64,000 nucleotides of DNA from a virus, in the IMG/VR virus record IMGVR_UViG_3300009488_000018, positions 32,001 to 96,000 of that record, one strand, 5' to 3'. Shown here in pieces: positions 9,823 through 19,935 of the stretch; within the stretch, counting starts at the first letter, position 1; every line of letters starts with the position of its first letter. The position numbers and the translations under genes are program-made. The notes below the pieces were generated by a model. It was given only the letters and a program-made list of their open reading frames with translations, did not search any database and was not told the DNA's origin.

Positions 9823-10125
9823 TTATTTTTTAATAGATGTTACTGTCGCTTTTTGTCTTTCTTCTAAAATACCATATACTTCGGGATAACCCAAAACTTT
9901 CATGGTCCTATTATCAATTAACATTACTTGGCCACCGAATTTCGCAAACAGAATAATATCTCCCTCTTTGATTGTAGGAACTTCTTCACCAACAGAAAGG
10001 ACACGACCATATCCTTGTGGGTCTTTCTCAGCAGTAGCTGGTATAATAATTCCTCCTTCTGTTTTCTCGTCCTGTTTTAGGACCTCCACAACTATTTTGT
10101 CTTTTACTGCTTTAACAAATTTCAT
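9823..10125 (-). CDS. groES: Co-chaperonin GroES (Cpn10)
   Basis: KTEGGIIIP, GRVLSVG, GDIILFAKFGG. Confidence 0.92.
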   Translation of the reverse strand: MKFVKAVKDKIVVEVLKQDEKTEGGIIIPATAEKDPQGYGRVLSVGEEVPTIKEGDIILFAKFGGQVMLIDNRTMKVLGYPEVYGILEERQKATVTSIKK

Positions 10126-10427
10126 TTACTTTTCTCCTTTATTCTAAGTTCATCCTCTTCTATAATCCTTAAAGGTGAAAATTCTTCAGATTCAAAAACT
10201 TCTTTTCCTACAAAGATTTTAGGAATTCTATATCGTTCTATTTTACTACCATCTTCAAAATAAGCAAACTGATCATCCAACCTTGCTATCTTTTGTATCC
10301 TCATATTGACTGTAGGAATTGGGTAGACGCTACTTCCTGGTTTTGTATCCTCTAGTAGACGCGCAGGATATTGTACTAATACAGGATTACCAATGCTAAG
10401 ATGAAGTGCTATTTTTATCTTCTCCAT
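10122..10427 (-). CDS. Hypothetical protein
   Basis: Overlaps both neighbours, suggesting translational coupling. Confidence 0.55.
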   Translation of the reverse strand: MEKIKIALHLSIGNPVLVQYPARLLEDTKPGSSVYPIPTVNMRIQKIARLDDQFAYFEDGSKIERYRIPKIFVGKEVFESEEFSPLRIIEEDELRIKEKSK

Positions 10428-10660
10428 TTCTTCCCCTCCTTTAAAAGTCTTTCTTCTTCTCTTATTCGTCGTCTTCTGGCAATCTCTTTCTTCTTTTTCT
10501 TCTTTATACTAGGTTTTTCAAAAAACATCCTCTCTCGCATTTCTAAACTTAAACCACTTCTCGTATATTTCTTCTTAAATCTCCTTAATAATTCATGTAA
10601 ACTTTCACCTGGCCGAGTAACTACAGAGATACCTTCTTCATATTGACGTCGATAATACAT
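10415..10660 (-). CDS. rpsU: Ribosomal protein bS21 homolog
   Basis: GESLHELLRRFKK...RERMFFEKPS.KKK. Confidence 0.85.
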   Translation of the reverse strand: MYYRRQYEEGISVVTRPGESLHELLRRFKKKYTRSGLSLEMRERMFFEKPSIKKKKKKEIARRRRIREEERLLKEGKKWRR

Positions 10661-10680
10661 TTTTAGAATTCACCTCCATT

Positions 10681-11358
10681 CTAAACAAAACCATAAATTA
10701 TATGTGATCTTGTAGAAAAGTTGAACTTATATTTTTCACAGGCATTAAATACTTTACCAGCTCGTTCAATAAGTTCTTCTCTTGTACTCCCTTCTGGCAT
10801 AAGATAAACTCGATGATATTCGTTACTATAACCACAGAGAGACGATAACATCTCTAAATAAGTATGTATTAAATCGACATCTTCATATACTATCTTAAAA
10901 TAAACACTTCGAAAAGAGAGAAAATCCTTTGTCTTAGTAATTGCTAATTCTAAGTCTTCCTCACTAAAGATTTTTGGCGAATAGATAAATTTTATAGATT
11001 TTTTTAAGTCAACTCGACTAATTAGTCCTTCAAGATTATAACCGTTTGTTTCGACATTAGCTATTAGATAATTAAGTTCATTTAAAATTGCTACTGAATC
11101 ATCTATATGTTTCCCAACAGTAGGTTCTCCACCAGTAACAAGAATACCTACTTTTTTCTGGTCTATAATATCCTGAAGTTCTTGTAACGAATAATTGGCT
11201 TCATTAGAAATTCGCATCTTGACTTTCGTATCACACCATGGACAGTCTAAATTACAAGTCTTACAACGCAGAATTACCATCGCCCGTCCTAAATCTGGAC
11301 CCTCACCTTGAAAACTACAAAAATTCTCAATTAAACGAACTTCTGTATTCACTATCAT
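10681..11358 (-). CDS. queE: QueE-like radical SAM enzyme
   Basis: SFQGEG, CNLDCPWCDT, TGGEP, ETNG, SPK, YLMPEG. Confidence 0.85.
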   Translation of the reverse strand: MIVNTEVRLIENFCSFQGEGPDLGRAMVILRCKTCNLDCPWCDTKVKMRISNEANYSLQELQDIIDQKKVGILVTGGEPTVGKHIDDSVAILNELNYLIANVETNGYNLEGLISRVDLKKSIKFIYSPKIFSEEDLELAITKTKDFLSFRSVYFKIVYEDVDLIHTYLEMLSSLCGYSNEYHRVYLMPEGSTREELIERAGKVFNACEKYKFNFSTRSHIIYGFV

Positions 11359-11381
11359 CCTCCTATAATTTAATATTTGTT

Positions 11382-14300
11382 CTAAAACGTTAAAATCTTT
11401 TCTCTAGTTTCCATTATTGGTTTTAATAATTGCTCATATCTATCTTGCCAAACAAACTTATACATTAACTTTGTATCTGGAACAAAATAATCTGGAAGTC
11501 TTAACTCTTCATCTGGCAAACAAATTACGTCTAATTTTTTCCCTTCACTTAAAAACTCTTTTTCATACTTCTTAACAACATCTTCTGGTGCTTTTAAAAC
11601 ATCAATTCCTTTTGTCTTAAAAAGATATCCCCGATCACCGGGACTAAAGGCTTCATACATTAACTTATTCCAGTTAATACATCCTCTAACATTCTGTGGA
11701 ATTACTTTATAACTTTCAACTTTTTTAGTGAACGCAGCTGGTTTTCCAACTGACTTATTCCCCTCTTCAATCAACTTAATAACCTCTTTTCCTTTTCTTT
11801 CAACAAACTTATTAATTGTTATTAATGAAAACCTCTCATTCTTTAAGATAATATCAAGAAGTTCAACTAAAAATTCTTTAGTTACTGAAGGAAAATCTGA
11901 CCTTTTAATTTCCATCCCCATATAAATTACATCATCGGTTCTTCTTCCTTCCTGAGAAATTACATTAATTATATACCTTTTCTTAGCCAGAAACAATCCT
12001 CGTCTGATAACTAACTCATTCTTCAACTCGAGTCTGTTTCTTTCTGGAGGAACATTATGACTCAAAACTAACTTCTGAATAATATCCTCATTTAAATGTT
12101 TTTGTATCTCAACGCAAAACTTATTTATCTCTAATATTTTGTCGTCTTCTGACCGATCTCCGTCTTTAATCAAGCTGTCCAAAATAGCGAACAAAGAATC
12201 TGTATCCCCAGTTATTACATTCTCAGTATACCTACTTATGTCACCAAACATCTCTTGTTTAGTTATCTTCTCTGGTTTAATATAGGGATTCCCTTTTAGT
12301 TTGTCAATAAATGCATTCCCTTCAAGAATCGATGCTTTAATAGCTTCTTGACCAGAAAGAGTAATAGTCCTTCCCGTATCAATATTAAAAAATCTAAAAA
12401 CGTTATTACCAAGAACTCCATATAATGCGTTCGCAAAGATCTTAAAAACTTGTTGTTTATTATCATAAATAGACTTCAAGTTCTCGTCACCTAATTGTTT
12501 AGCCTCAAACATCTTTTGTTTAAACTCTCTCCTAGACGATAAGAGAATATCGAGAACTTCGCTATAAATAGATAACTCATTCTCATGTGCTTTAAAGAAA
12601 CAACCGTTTATTGTAGATATTAACTTACATTCTTCAATTTTCTTTAATAACTGTTCTTTAGTTATTTCAACTTCTTTTTTCGAATAAGCTGGATCAATTA
12701 CCATAGTAAACTTTTCAGGAAGGTTATCAATATCATAAATGAGATCATATCCATGTGTGTAATCTTTGAACTTCATTACAAATGTGTTAATTCCAATATT
12801 ATAAGTTATAATTAAACTTGGATACAAAGAAGTAAAATCAAAATCGACAATGTTATTATGAACACCTACAATTGGTTCTTTTACAAACGCACCTTCAAAT
12901 TGTTCTTTCTTCTCATGAATGTTTGCATTCTTTGACGCAATTCCCCTTTCTTTTAAGAATGATATTACCAGAGAATCTAACATTCCCATGTTACTCGTAG
13001 AACCTTTAAAACTATTCTTACTTATCTTCTTAATCTCATTCTGTAACAAAATATGTTGTAGTTTCTTCTCTAAGTCCACTAACAATGTAACGTCTCGCCG
13101 GTTATATTTAATAGATTTATTCACATCAGATCTGTACATCTCTGAAAAGTTACTTCCAGTATCTAACTTTTCCTTATTAATTTCAAGCTTCGCAATTGTT
13201 CCAAGTCGATAATTTTCTCTCTTTGTATATGTAAAGTTTCTATATAAAATCAATTGGTCTAAAGTAACAAAACCAAATATATCAGCATAATTCTGTATTA
13301 AGTCTATCGAAACTTCTCCAAACTTTGACATACTTTCTGATCTAAGACCTATTTTAGGACATCGATTATGAATATATGGGAGGTCAAATCCATTAGAGTT
13401 CCAACCACAAATAAAATCTGGATCTAACTTCTTGAAATTCTTGATAAAACTGTTAACCAGTTCCTTTTCTGTTTTAAAAACAATAACCGAACCTTTGTCT
13501 ATATCTATATCAGCTGCGTTAGGATTCTTCAACAGAATTTTATTGTCTAATACATAGCTTACAAGTTCACCATGATAGTAATATGAAATCATACATATGG
13601 TATGTCTTGCTTCCTCTGGGTGTGGAAATCCTTTCTCTTCTGAATAAGTTTCAATATCAAGAAAAAAGATATTAAGATCAATTTCAGGTGCTTCGTTCTT
13701 TGTTTGAAGGTAATAATCTTGAGCATGTTTCGTAGTTATTTTCTCATCTCCCTCATAAGTAATATCTGAGTCTAACATAATTTTCTGTTTATATGGAATT
13801 TTAACTTGTACTAAGTCGTCATACTTAACGAAATGTCTTGACTCAACTTTACTTCCTTTCGGAACTTGATAACAATAATAATCATCTTTTTCTTTATGAT
13901 AAACTTTATTATTTTCTTTGTCTCTAAAAATATATAAAACATCTCTAGTTCTACCTAAATACTGAATATCTACTAACCTATATTTGTCAGTATAGAACTC
14001 CTCAGGAATCTTATAGTAATGCACTCCTTTTTTGTTTAAAACTTTTGCTCCACCACTTTCTTTTATATCGACTTTCGTTCCTAAAATCTCAGCTACTGTT
14101 TTCATATCATCTGAAAATCTCTGTTCAAAAGAGGGATTACGATTTACAAAACTTGGGTGGACTGTCAAGAAGATATCGAAGTTATTCCATTTATAAATAT
14201 TCCCTCTTAAGTTAGTAACTCCAGATTTAGCAATTCCAAAAGCACTCATCGGAACTGTACCCATAGCTACAACTAGTTTGGGATTACATTGCTCTATAAA

Positions 14301-14633
14301 TTTGAAACAATTTTCTTTACAAATGTTAATTACTTCTTCTGTAGGATTACCAGTAGTTCCATCTTTATTTAAGGTTTGACAGAGAACAACATTTGTAAGA
14401 AGGTACTCAATTTTATTAAGACTGAACTGTCTAAAATATTTTCTAAATTTTTGTCCTGCTTTTCCAATTAACGGAACTCCCTTTTCAACTTCATCTTTCC
14501 CTGGATTCTCAGCTACAAAAACTACCTTAACCTTAGTCAAGTCATCCCTACAATTAGTTTCTAAAATACAAGAAGGTGAAAAAAGGAGGGAACAAACAGA
14601 GCAGTTAGCAAATGATTTCTTAATAGATTCCAA
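11382..14633 (-). CDS. Family B DNA polymerase with N-terminal family-4 uracil-DNA-glycosylase-like domain
   Basis: N-terminal CxxC, AENPG, PLIGKAG, TNVVLC, HPS; exonuclease DIET and FD; polymerase DFTSLYPS, KIFANALYG, GDTDS, KKRY. Confidence 0.92.
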   Translation of the reverse strand: MESIKKSFANCSVCSLLFSPSCILETNCRDDLTKVKVVFVAENPGKDEVEKGVPLIGKAGQKFRKYFRQFSLNKIEYLLTNVVLCQTLNKDGTTGNPTEEVINICKENCFKFIEQCNPKLVVAMGTVPMSAFGIAKSGVTNLRGNIYKWNNFDIFLTVHPSFVNRNPSFEQRFSDDMKTVAEILGTKVDIKESGGAKVLNKKGVHYYKIPEEFYTDKYRLVDIQYLGRTRDVLYIFRDKENNKVYHKEKDDYYCYQVPKGSKVESRHFVKYDDLVQVKIPYKQKIMLDSDITYEGDEKITTKHAQDYYLQTKNEAPEIDLNIFFLDIETYSEEKGFPHPEEARHTICMISYYYHGELVSYVLDNKILLKNPNAADIDIDKGSVIVFKTEKELVNSFIKNFKKLDPDFICGWNSNGFDLPYIHNRCPKIGLRSESMSKFGEVSIDLIQNYADIFGFVTLDQLILYRNFTYTKRENYRLGTIAKLEINKEKLDTGSNFSEMYRSDVNKSIKYNRRDVTLLVDLEKKLQHILLQNEIKKISKNSFKGSTSNMGMLDSLVISFLKERGIASKNANIHEKKEQFEGAFVKEPIVGVHNNIVDFDFTSLYPSLIITYNIGINTFVMKFKDYTHGYDLIYDIDNLPEKFTMVIDPAYSKKEVEITKEQLLKKIEECKLISTINGCFFKAHENELSIYSEVLDILLSSRREFKQKMFEAKQLGDENLKSIYDNKQQVFKIFANALYGVLGNNVFRFFNIDTGRTITLSGQEAIKASILEGNAFIDKLKGNPYIKPEKITKQEMFGDISRYTENVITGDTDSLFAILDSLIKDGDRSEDDKILEINKFCVEIQKHLNEDIIQKLVLSHNVPPERNRLELKNELVIRRGLFLAKKRYIINVISQEGRRTDDVIYMGMEIKRSDFPSVTKEFLVELLDIILKNERFSLITINKFVERKGKEVIKLIEEGNKSVGKPAAFTKKVESYKVIPQNVRGCINWNKLMYEAFSPGDRGYLFKTKGIDVLKAPEDVVKKYEKEFLSEGKKLDVICLPDEELRLPDYFVPDTKLMYKFVWQDRYEQLLKPIMETREKILTF

Positions 14634-14711
14634 ATAGATACCTCCATTTTAGTTTTATTTTTTGTTCTACAAATATGAAATAATTTCTTAGTTATTTTCT
14701 TAGAAACTTTC

Positions 14712-14729
14712 TATATATATAAATAATTG
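14712..14729 (+). promoter_or_regulatory. Conserved TATATATATWAATW motif (putative phage promoter)
   Basis: One of 7 copies, each at the head of a plus-strand block. Confidence 0.6.
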
Positions 14730-14770
14730 ATTAGAATAATTATTGTTTAAAACATTTAGGAGGTGGTAAA

Positions 14771-15202
14771 ATGAACCAAGAAATTCCAATTCCAGGAGCC
14801 AATCCAGTCTCAATTAGACAAGTTAAGAAACTTGCAGACCGACTTGCTTATTCAGAGATCCAGGTTCCAAAAATCGTCATGGACGAAACAATCCAATGGC
14901 AAGATATCATGCCAGAGTCTTACGGGGAAGACCAAGAAGGAAGATTCTTCTTGGTTACTCAACTTGTAACTACTATAACAACAGTTGAAACATTCAAAGA
15001 AGGAATATTCAAAGGAAAATCGATAACTTCCTTCGAACCAGTTTGTTTATGTATGTTCCAAAGATTTCCAGACAAGGAAGACTTCGTTGAATTTACATCA
15101 AACACAACAGGTCTTTTCTTCCGGTTGTCAATTAAATCTTTCAAAGAAATAGTTGACCAGTTAGACAAAGGCAAGGGACATACAGTTAACATTTATACCT
15201 AG
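14771..15202 (+). CDS. Hypothetical protein
   Basis: GGAGGT RBS, downstream of the conserved motif. Confidence 0.65.
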   Translation: MNQEIPIPGANPVSIRQVKKLADRLAYSEIQVPKIVMDETIQWQDIMPESYGEDQEGRFFLVTQLVTTITTVETFKEGIFKGKSITSFEPVCLCMFQRFPDKEDFVEFTSNTTGLFFRLSIKSFKEIVDQLDKGKGHTVNIYT

Positions 15203-15295
15203 AAAACGGGTGGACTTCAGTCTAAGAAATACTAGACTTGTCCACCTATTTATTTGTCAAAACCCTTAATCTTCAAAAAGGAGGAACAATATGAA

Positions 15296-15919
15296 ATGAA
15301 AGAAGAACTTCTAAAAGCAACTGACCTCTTGGGACTTCAAATAGATTATAAAGATACTACGGTTCTCCAAACATACAAAAATATTTTTGAAGAAACCAAC
15401 AGAAAGATTCAAAAAAAGAAACTTACAGAAGCAAAGAACTTAATAATCCGCGACATTATTGAAAAGCAACTAACAGAACAGAACTTTTTTAGTATAGAGG
15501 TTCCTCCGGACTTCAACCCTTGTGAATCATGCAAAGGAACAGGAGAAATTTACAGACTCGAAATTATAAAGATCGTAGATAAATGTAGTTATTGTAAAGG
15601 AAGTGGAACCTATACAGAACCCTGTAAGCGATGTAACGGTACTGGTCTAATAGACAACAAGAAATGTCCTACCTGTAAAGGAACTAAAATATATGTACAT
15701 AAGAAGATGTTTCCAAAAAGACCCGAAGATAAAATATGTAGTCACTGTGAAGGATCAGGAGACGCAATTAAAATAATAAAAACAGGAAAGATCGACATAC
15801 ATACGACTTGTATTACATGCCGAGGAAGTGGAATGAAAAAAGTAAAACATAAACGAGGTCTTCCTCATCCAGTCATTACAACAGACATAGGAAAAATAAT
15901 CAAAAAGTTACTCCCGTAA
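15296..15919 (+). CDS. DnaJ-type zinc-finger (CxxCxGxG repeat) protein
   Basis: Six CxxCxG(x)G-like repeats; AGGAGG RBS. Confidence 0.75.
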   Translation: MKEELLKATDLLGLQIDYKDTTVLQTYKNIFEETNRKIQKKKLTEAKNLIIRDIIEKQLTEQNFFSIEVPPDFNPCESCKGTGEIYRLEIIKIVDKCSYCKGSGTYTEPCKRCNGTGLIDNKKCPTCKGTKIYVHKKMFPKRPEDKICSHCEGSGDAIKIIKTGKIDIHTTCITCRGSGMKKVKHKRGLPHPVITTDIGKIIKKLLP

Positions 15920-15923
15920 ACTC

Positions 15924-15969
15924 TTCTCTGTTATAAAGATCTCTTAACTCAGATCTTTATAACAGAGAA
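15924..15969. terminator. 19-bp perfect inverted repeat at convergent gene ends
   Basis: TTCTCTGTTATAAAGATCT-8nt-AGATCTTTATAACAGAGAA. Confidence 0.65.
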
Positions 15970-16464
15970 ATTTCTAGACAACAAATCTTGTAAAGAGATC
16001 TTCCCTTCATTTTTTTGTTCAACAGATGTCAACTTCTTTTTCTTTGGTTTATCAATCCCTAGAGAACTATAGATACGTTCAACATCTGGTGATTTCTCGA
16101 CTAGGTCACATAATAAACTAACATCATAATTTTTTATTATAGGTATTTTTGCTCTAAGAGAGTCAAACAATTTAGTATTTTTCTTATACTGAACAAAGGG
16201 TATGTTCTTCCTCTGAACCTTAAAATCTATAACACACTTTTTTATAAAGAAAAGGAGTTCTTCTTTATCTATATATCGAAGGTTTATATTATTAAAGTAA
16301 GAATCTAAATAGAAATTTAATGGTCCATTATTTAAGAATAATGAAATAACATAAGTTGAGGTAATTGGACTGTTATATTTTAGAATATCAGGAACCTTTT
16401 CTCCTCTTGGAATAGGAGATTTAATATCATTGTTAAAAAGCCATGAGAAAAATGTTTTATACAT
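15949..16464 (-). CDS. Hypothetical protein
   Basis: 171-aa ORF in the minus-strand block. Confidence 0.6.
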   Translation of the reverse strand: MYKTFFSWLFNNDIKSPIPRGEKVPDILKYNSPITSTYVISLFLNNGPLNFYLDSYFNNINLRYIDKEELLFFIKKCVIDFKVQRKNIPFVQYKKNTKLFDSLRAKIPIIKNYDVSLLCDLVEKSPDVERIYSSLGIDKPKKKKLTSVEQKNEGKISLQDLLSRNFSVIKI

Positions 16465-16476
16465 TCTAGAAAACCT

Positions 16477-17265
16477 TTATAACCCTCGTTTTATCCTTTC
16501 ATTAATCTCAAAAATAAGTCTCATTATTCGAGGATCATCATCAACTCTACTTCTCAAATCAACTAACAGTTTTTTCTCTAGTTCCCACTTAGTTATTAAA
16601 AGTCTCCGTACATTTAGTTCGTTTTTATCTTTGGAGTTCTCTATTGGAAACTGCAGAATTTGTTCTAAATCATATACCCTCTTTTCTTGTAAGTCAATTT
16701 CTTTATGTAGCTTATTATGGAAACCAGTTTGGACTACTTTAATACTTCCTACTTTATCCCAGAACTTATCTCTCGTATGATGTAGTATCCAATTATTTGC
16801 CAAGGTTGTTCTAAAAAGAAATTCAAGACCATGATAAATAATAAACGAAAAATTATGTCTCGCTAATCCAATATTCAATGAATTACTTCCTTTCGATGCT
16901 AATTCCATAAACGGCGACTTCCTTCCCTGAGCACTAAATCGTAACTTCATTTGACAAATCTTCGTATCATAACATGATTTCGGTCTTGGTAAAATGTTTC
17001 CAGAACATGTCCAACAATCGTCATAAATAATATAGTGATCTACTATTTTTTGAACTATCTTTTCTATATTATTTATATTATAGTTTATACTAAATAAATG
17101 GAAGGGTTCATATTTTCTATTATTAAAAAGATATTTTCCATACGGACTTATCTCTTTATAAAAACATATTAACTTCATTAGCATATCATAGTCTACTTTG
17201 TTCTCTCGTTGTAATTTTAATAGTCGTTTGAATTCTACAAGATCCGCTAGTGGCAGTTTCATCAT
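16477..17265 (-). CDS. Possible degenerate HNH homing-endonuclease-like protein
   Basis: DDCWTCSG, ARHNFSFIIYHG, ILHH...HNKLH resemble HNH_3-type motifs. Confidence 0.45.
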   Translation of the reverse strand: MMKLPLADLVEFKRLLKLQRENKVDYDMLMKLICFYKEISPYGKYLFNNRKYEPFHLFSINYNINNIEKIVQKIVDHYIIYDDCWTCSGNILPRPKSCYDTKICQMKLRFSAQGRKSPFMELASKGSNSLNIGLARHNFSFIIYHGLEFLFRTTLANNWILHHTRDKFWDKVGSIKVVQTGFHNKLHKEIDLQEKRVYDLEQILQFPIENSKDKNELNVRRLLITKWELEKKLLVDLRSRVDDDPRIMRLIFEINERIKRGL

Positions 17266-17284
17266 TCTACATCCTCCAAAACAC

Positions 17285-17584
17285 TTACTTTTGTAAAACT
17301 AACGTATTAAATTTATAACTACATCGTCCTAAATCACAAAGAAAATCAAGAGACGATTTTCTAGCAATTTCATCCATTATAAAAGTTACACGTCCCTGAT
17401 TATCTTTTTCTTTATGAACCCAGTGTCCTAAGTAAGTATTCTCTACAATTCTTCTAAGTTCGTCTCTTACTGATTTAGATTTCCAACCAATCAACTGAGA
17501 TATATCTTGTACTGACACTTTACCAAATTCTTTCAGGACCCACAATGTTCCCTTTCCTAGTTCTTCAAACGGTGATGTTTTCAT
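17285..17584 (-). CDS. Possible winged-helix DNA-binding protein
   Basis: VSVQDISQLIGWKSKSVRDEL HTH-like pattern. Confidence 0.4.
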   Translation of the reverse strand: MKTSPFEELGKGTLWVLKEFGKVSVQDISQLIGWKSKSVRDELRRIVENTYLGHWVHKEKDNQGRVTFIMDEIARKSSLDFLCDLGRCSYKFNTLVLQK

Positions 17585-18553
17585 TTACTCTTCTCCTTTC
17601 ATTTCTTTTATTATTCTTTGAAAAAAACAACACATTTCTGAATGGTTCAATAAAATTGGACATGGTAGTTCTCTATCTAATCCCTTATTAATTATTTCAA
17701 ATAACTCTTCTTCATTATCATATAAATATTCTCTAGGCAAGAGTTCTGGATAAGAAAACTTATTCGGAGCAACAGGAATACAACCATTTAAAACCGCATC
17801 AACAACTTGATAACCAAATGTCTCTTCCTTACTAGTTATAAGCATAACTTTACACATACTTATACATCTATAATAATTATCCCACGATATAAAATTCCTT
17901 CTTATAATTTTACCAAATTTCTTCTCAACCTTCTTTTCTAATCGTTTATTAACTTTCTGGATATTTGGACGAGCAACAGATATTGTATCTTTTACTTTAC
18001 CAGCAATATTATAAGTTTTAAAAGGTGGGTAAGGCAGGGCAGTAACAACTACGTTTCTCCAGTCTGAATTTCGTCTATAATACTTTAACTTATATTCATG
18101 GTACTCACTAGCAACAAAGACTTTATCAAATAATTTAGAATGACCAGTTTCAACTAACCATTTTGATTTCCTAACAGGTTGGAAGATATCATATGCATTC
18201 CTACTTGTACCATGACAAAAAGCAAAATTCTTACTTGGTCTTTTATGGTGAAGGATATTAGAAAAGAAACCTGGATAACTTAAATCTGACAAAAATAAGA
18301 TGTCATTATCTTTTAAGTCAAGACTCATAAACTCCCATATTTGATGTCGCTCTAACTCAACAGATAATTGTAAATTAGAAAATACATTTGGACTATCAGT
18401 AGGTTGGTCTTTAAAGTTACTGATAAAAGATTTTCCTAGAACAATTACTTCGTCAAATTCTTTCTTAAACTCCTCTTTGAATACAGGTAACCACCATTCT
18501 TGATACCTCATTTTAACTGGAAACTGAGGTACGAAAATCAATCTATTCATCAC
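17585..18553 (-). CDS. GT-B (GT4-like) glycosyltransferase
   Basis: TSKEETFGYQVVDAVLNGCIPVAP...SYPEL signature. Confidence 0.8.
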   Translation of the reverse strand: MMNRLIFVPQFPVKMRYQEWWLPVFKEEFKKEFDEVIVLGKSFISNFKDQPTDSPNVFSNLQLSVELERHQIWEFMSLDLKDNDILFLSDLSYPGFFSNILHHKRPSKNFAFCHGTSRNAYDIFQPVRKSKWLVETGHSKLFDKVFVASEYHEYKLKYYRRNSDWRNVVVTALPYPPFKTYNIAGKVKDTISVARPNIQKVNKRLEKKVEKKFGKIIRRNFISWDNYYRCISMCKVMLITSKEETFGYQVVDAVLNGCIPVAPNKFSYPELLPREYLYDNEEELFEIINKGLDRELPCPILLNHSEMCCFFQRIIKEMKGEE

Positions 18554-19016
18554 TCTCCTGTTTTAAAATTTGTTCGCCATATTCATCTAAAAGATCCATT
18601 TCTTTTAGTCTTTTGTTCAGATAATCTTTAATTTGTTCTAGCTTTCCTTTGTATTCTTCGGAATCCCCATTAAAAGCATATTTAAAAGGCTTAGGAACTT
18701 CTACTGGTACTTTCTCAATTTCTTCCATCGGCCAAGCAGTACCAAAACCATCACTCAAGTCAACGTGGTTTTCATCGAATAAGATGTTATAACCCGTCTT
18801 AAATCTTGAGACCAAAAAAGTTCCCATCTCCTCAATCCAAATTCCTAGTTTAGACTTTCTAGCATCAATCTTATATAAATATCGATCCTTTAATTTACTG
18901 ATATTTATAGACCGTTCTCTTTTCTCATCTTCTAGTTGCTTTAACCTTTCGCTAAAGTTATAATAACTATCTGATTTCTCTTTTAACTCGTTCAAAAAAG
19001 GGTTCCTTTTCTCCAT
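18543..19016 (-). CDS. Hypothetical protein
   Basis: Packed ORF. Confidence 0.55.
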   Translation of the reverse strand: MEKRNPFLNELKEKSDSYYNFSERLKQLEDEKRERSINISKLKDRYLYKIDARKSKLGIWIEEMGTFLVSRFKTGYNILFDENHVDLSDGFGTAWPMEEIEKVPVEVPKPFKYAFNGDSEEYKGKLEQIKDYLNKRLKEMDLLDEYGEQILKQESDE

Positions 19017-19323
19017 AAGCTTCTTTAACGACTTCGCTTTTAGTAATTCCTACTGGAATTTCCACTACTCTCATATAAACACCATGGCTTACATGTTCTA
19101 GATAACCCGAAGCAGTTAGATACCTACGATATACATCAACTGTTTGATATAGGTATCTATTTCGTCTAGTTTCTCTTAAACGATTCTCACCATAAAGAGA
19201 ATCTAAAAGTTCTTGTCTAGAAACTTTATCTTGTAAATTTTTCTCTCTAAAAAAATCTACTACCGATGTCCACAAATTCTTTTGTTTTGACATTCTATTC
19301 CTCCTCATAACCTTAGTTCTCAA
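18967..19323 (-). CDS. Hypothetical protein
   Basis: Packed ORF with GAGGAGG RBS before an internal ATG. Confidence 0.5.
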   Translation of the reverse strand: MRTKVMRRNRMSKQKNLWTSVVDFFREKNLQDKVSRQELLDSLYGENRLRETRRNRYLYQTVDVYRRYLTASGYLEHVSHGVYMRVVEIPVGITKSEVVKEAYGEKEPFFERVKREIR

Positions 19324-19338
19324 TAAATATTAAGTAAT

Positions 19339-19809
19339 TTAGATGATCCACTTATAATAACCTTCAAACAAAATATACTTCTTATCATGTTCCCATAAGT
19401 CTTTCTGACTCGGATAAACATTGTTTAACAAAGTTTCTTTCTGACTCGGATTTTTAACTTCATGACAATATGGTGCTCGCATATTTGTACTATAAAATAT
19501 TACGTCGAAACCACCTCTAACTAGTTGCTCACCTATTGTTCCCTGTAAACGATGTGCTGGATGAGTCTCGTAGATTGGATCCGGAAAGTAAAATATATTC
19601 TGTCTATTTAGAAGTTGGGAAGGGATTGATCTAAGAAAAAACTGGGCTTTAATATCTACAAACTTCTTAATTCTTAAAGCTTCTTCTTTCCTTTTTTCTT
19701 CAATATCTTCTGTATAGATAATAATAGGTTTCTGATCTTCCATTAAGATTCTTGTACAACCAATTATTTCATCATCAGGGTGAGGCGATATAATCACAAT
19801 ATCAAACAT
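19339..19809 (-). CDS. PIG-L/LmbE-family deacetylase-like protein
   Basis: ISPHPDDEIIG and HPAH metal-binding motifs. Confidence 0.75.
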   Translation of the reverse strand: MFDIVIISPHPDDEIIGCTRILMEDQKPIIIYTEDIEEKRKEEALRIKKFVDIKAQFFLRSIPSQLLNRQNIFYFPDPIYETHPAHRLQGTIGEQLVRGGFDVIFYSTNMRAPYCHEVKNPSQKETLLNNVYPSQKDLWEHDKKYILFEGYYKWII

Positions 19810-19935
19810 CTACATTTTCTCCTTTCTATTTACTTTTTGTTCTACTTCTTTTCAAAAAAATCTCAGAGTTTATCTCTGTAAGATTATTTATTTGTTCATT
19901 AAAATAAAATAGTTTTCCAATGAAAACAAAACAAT

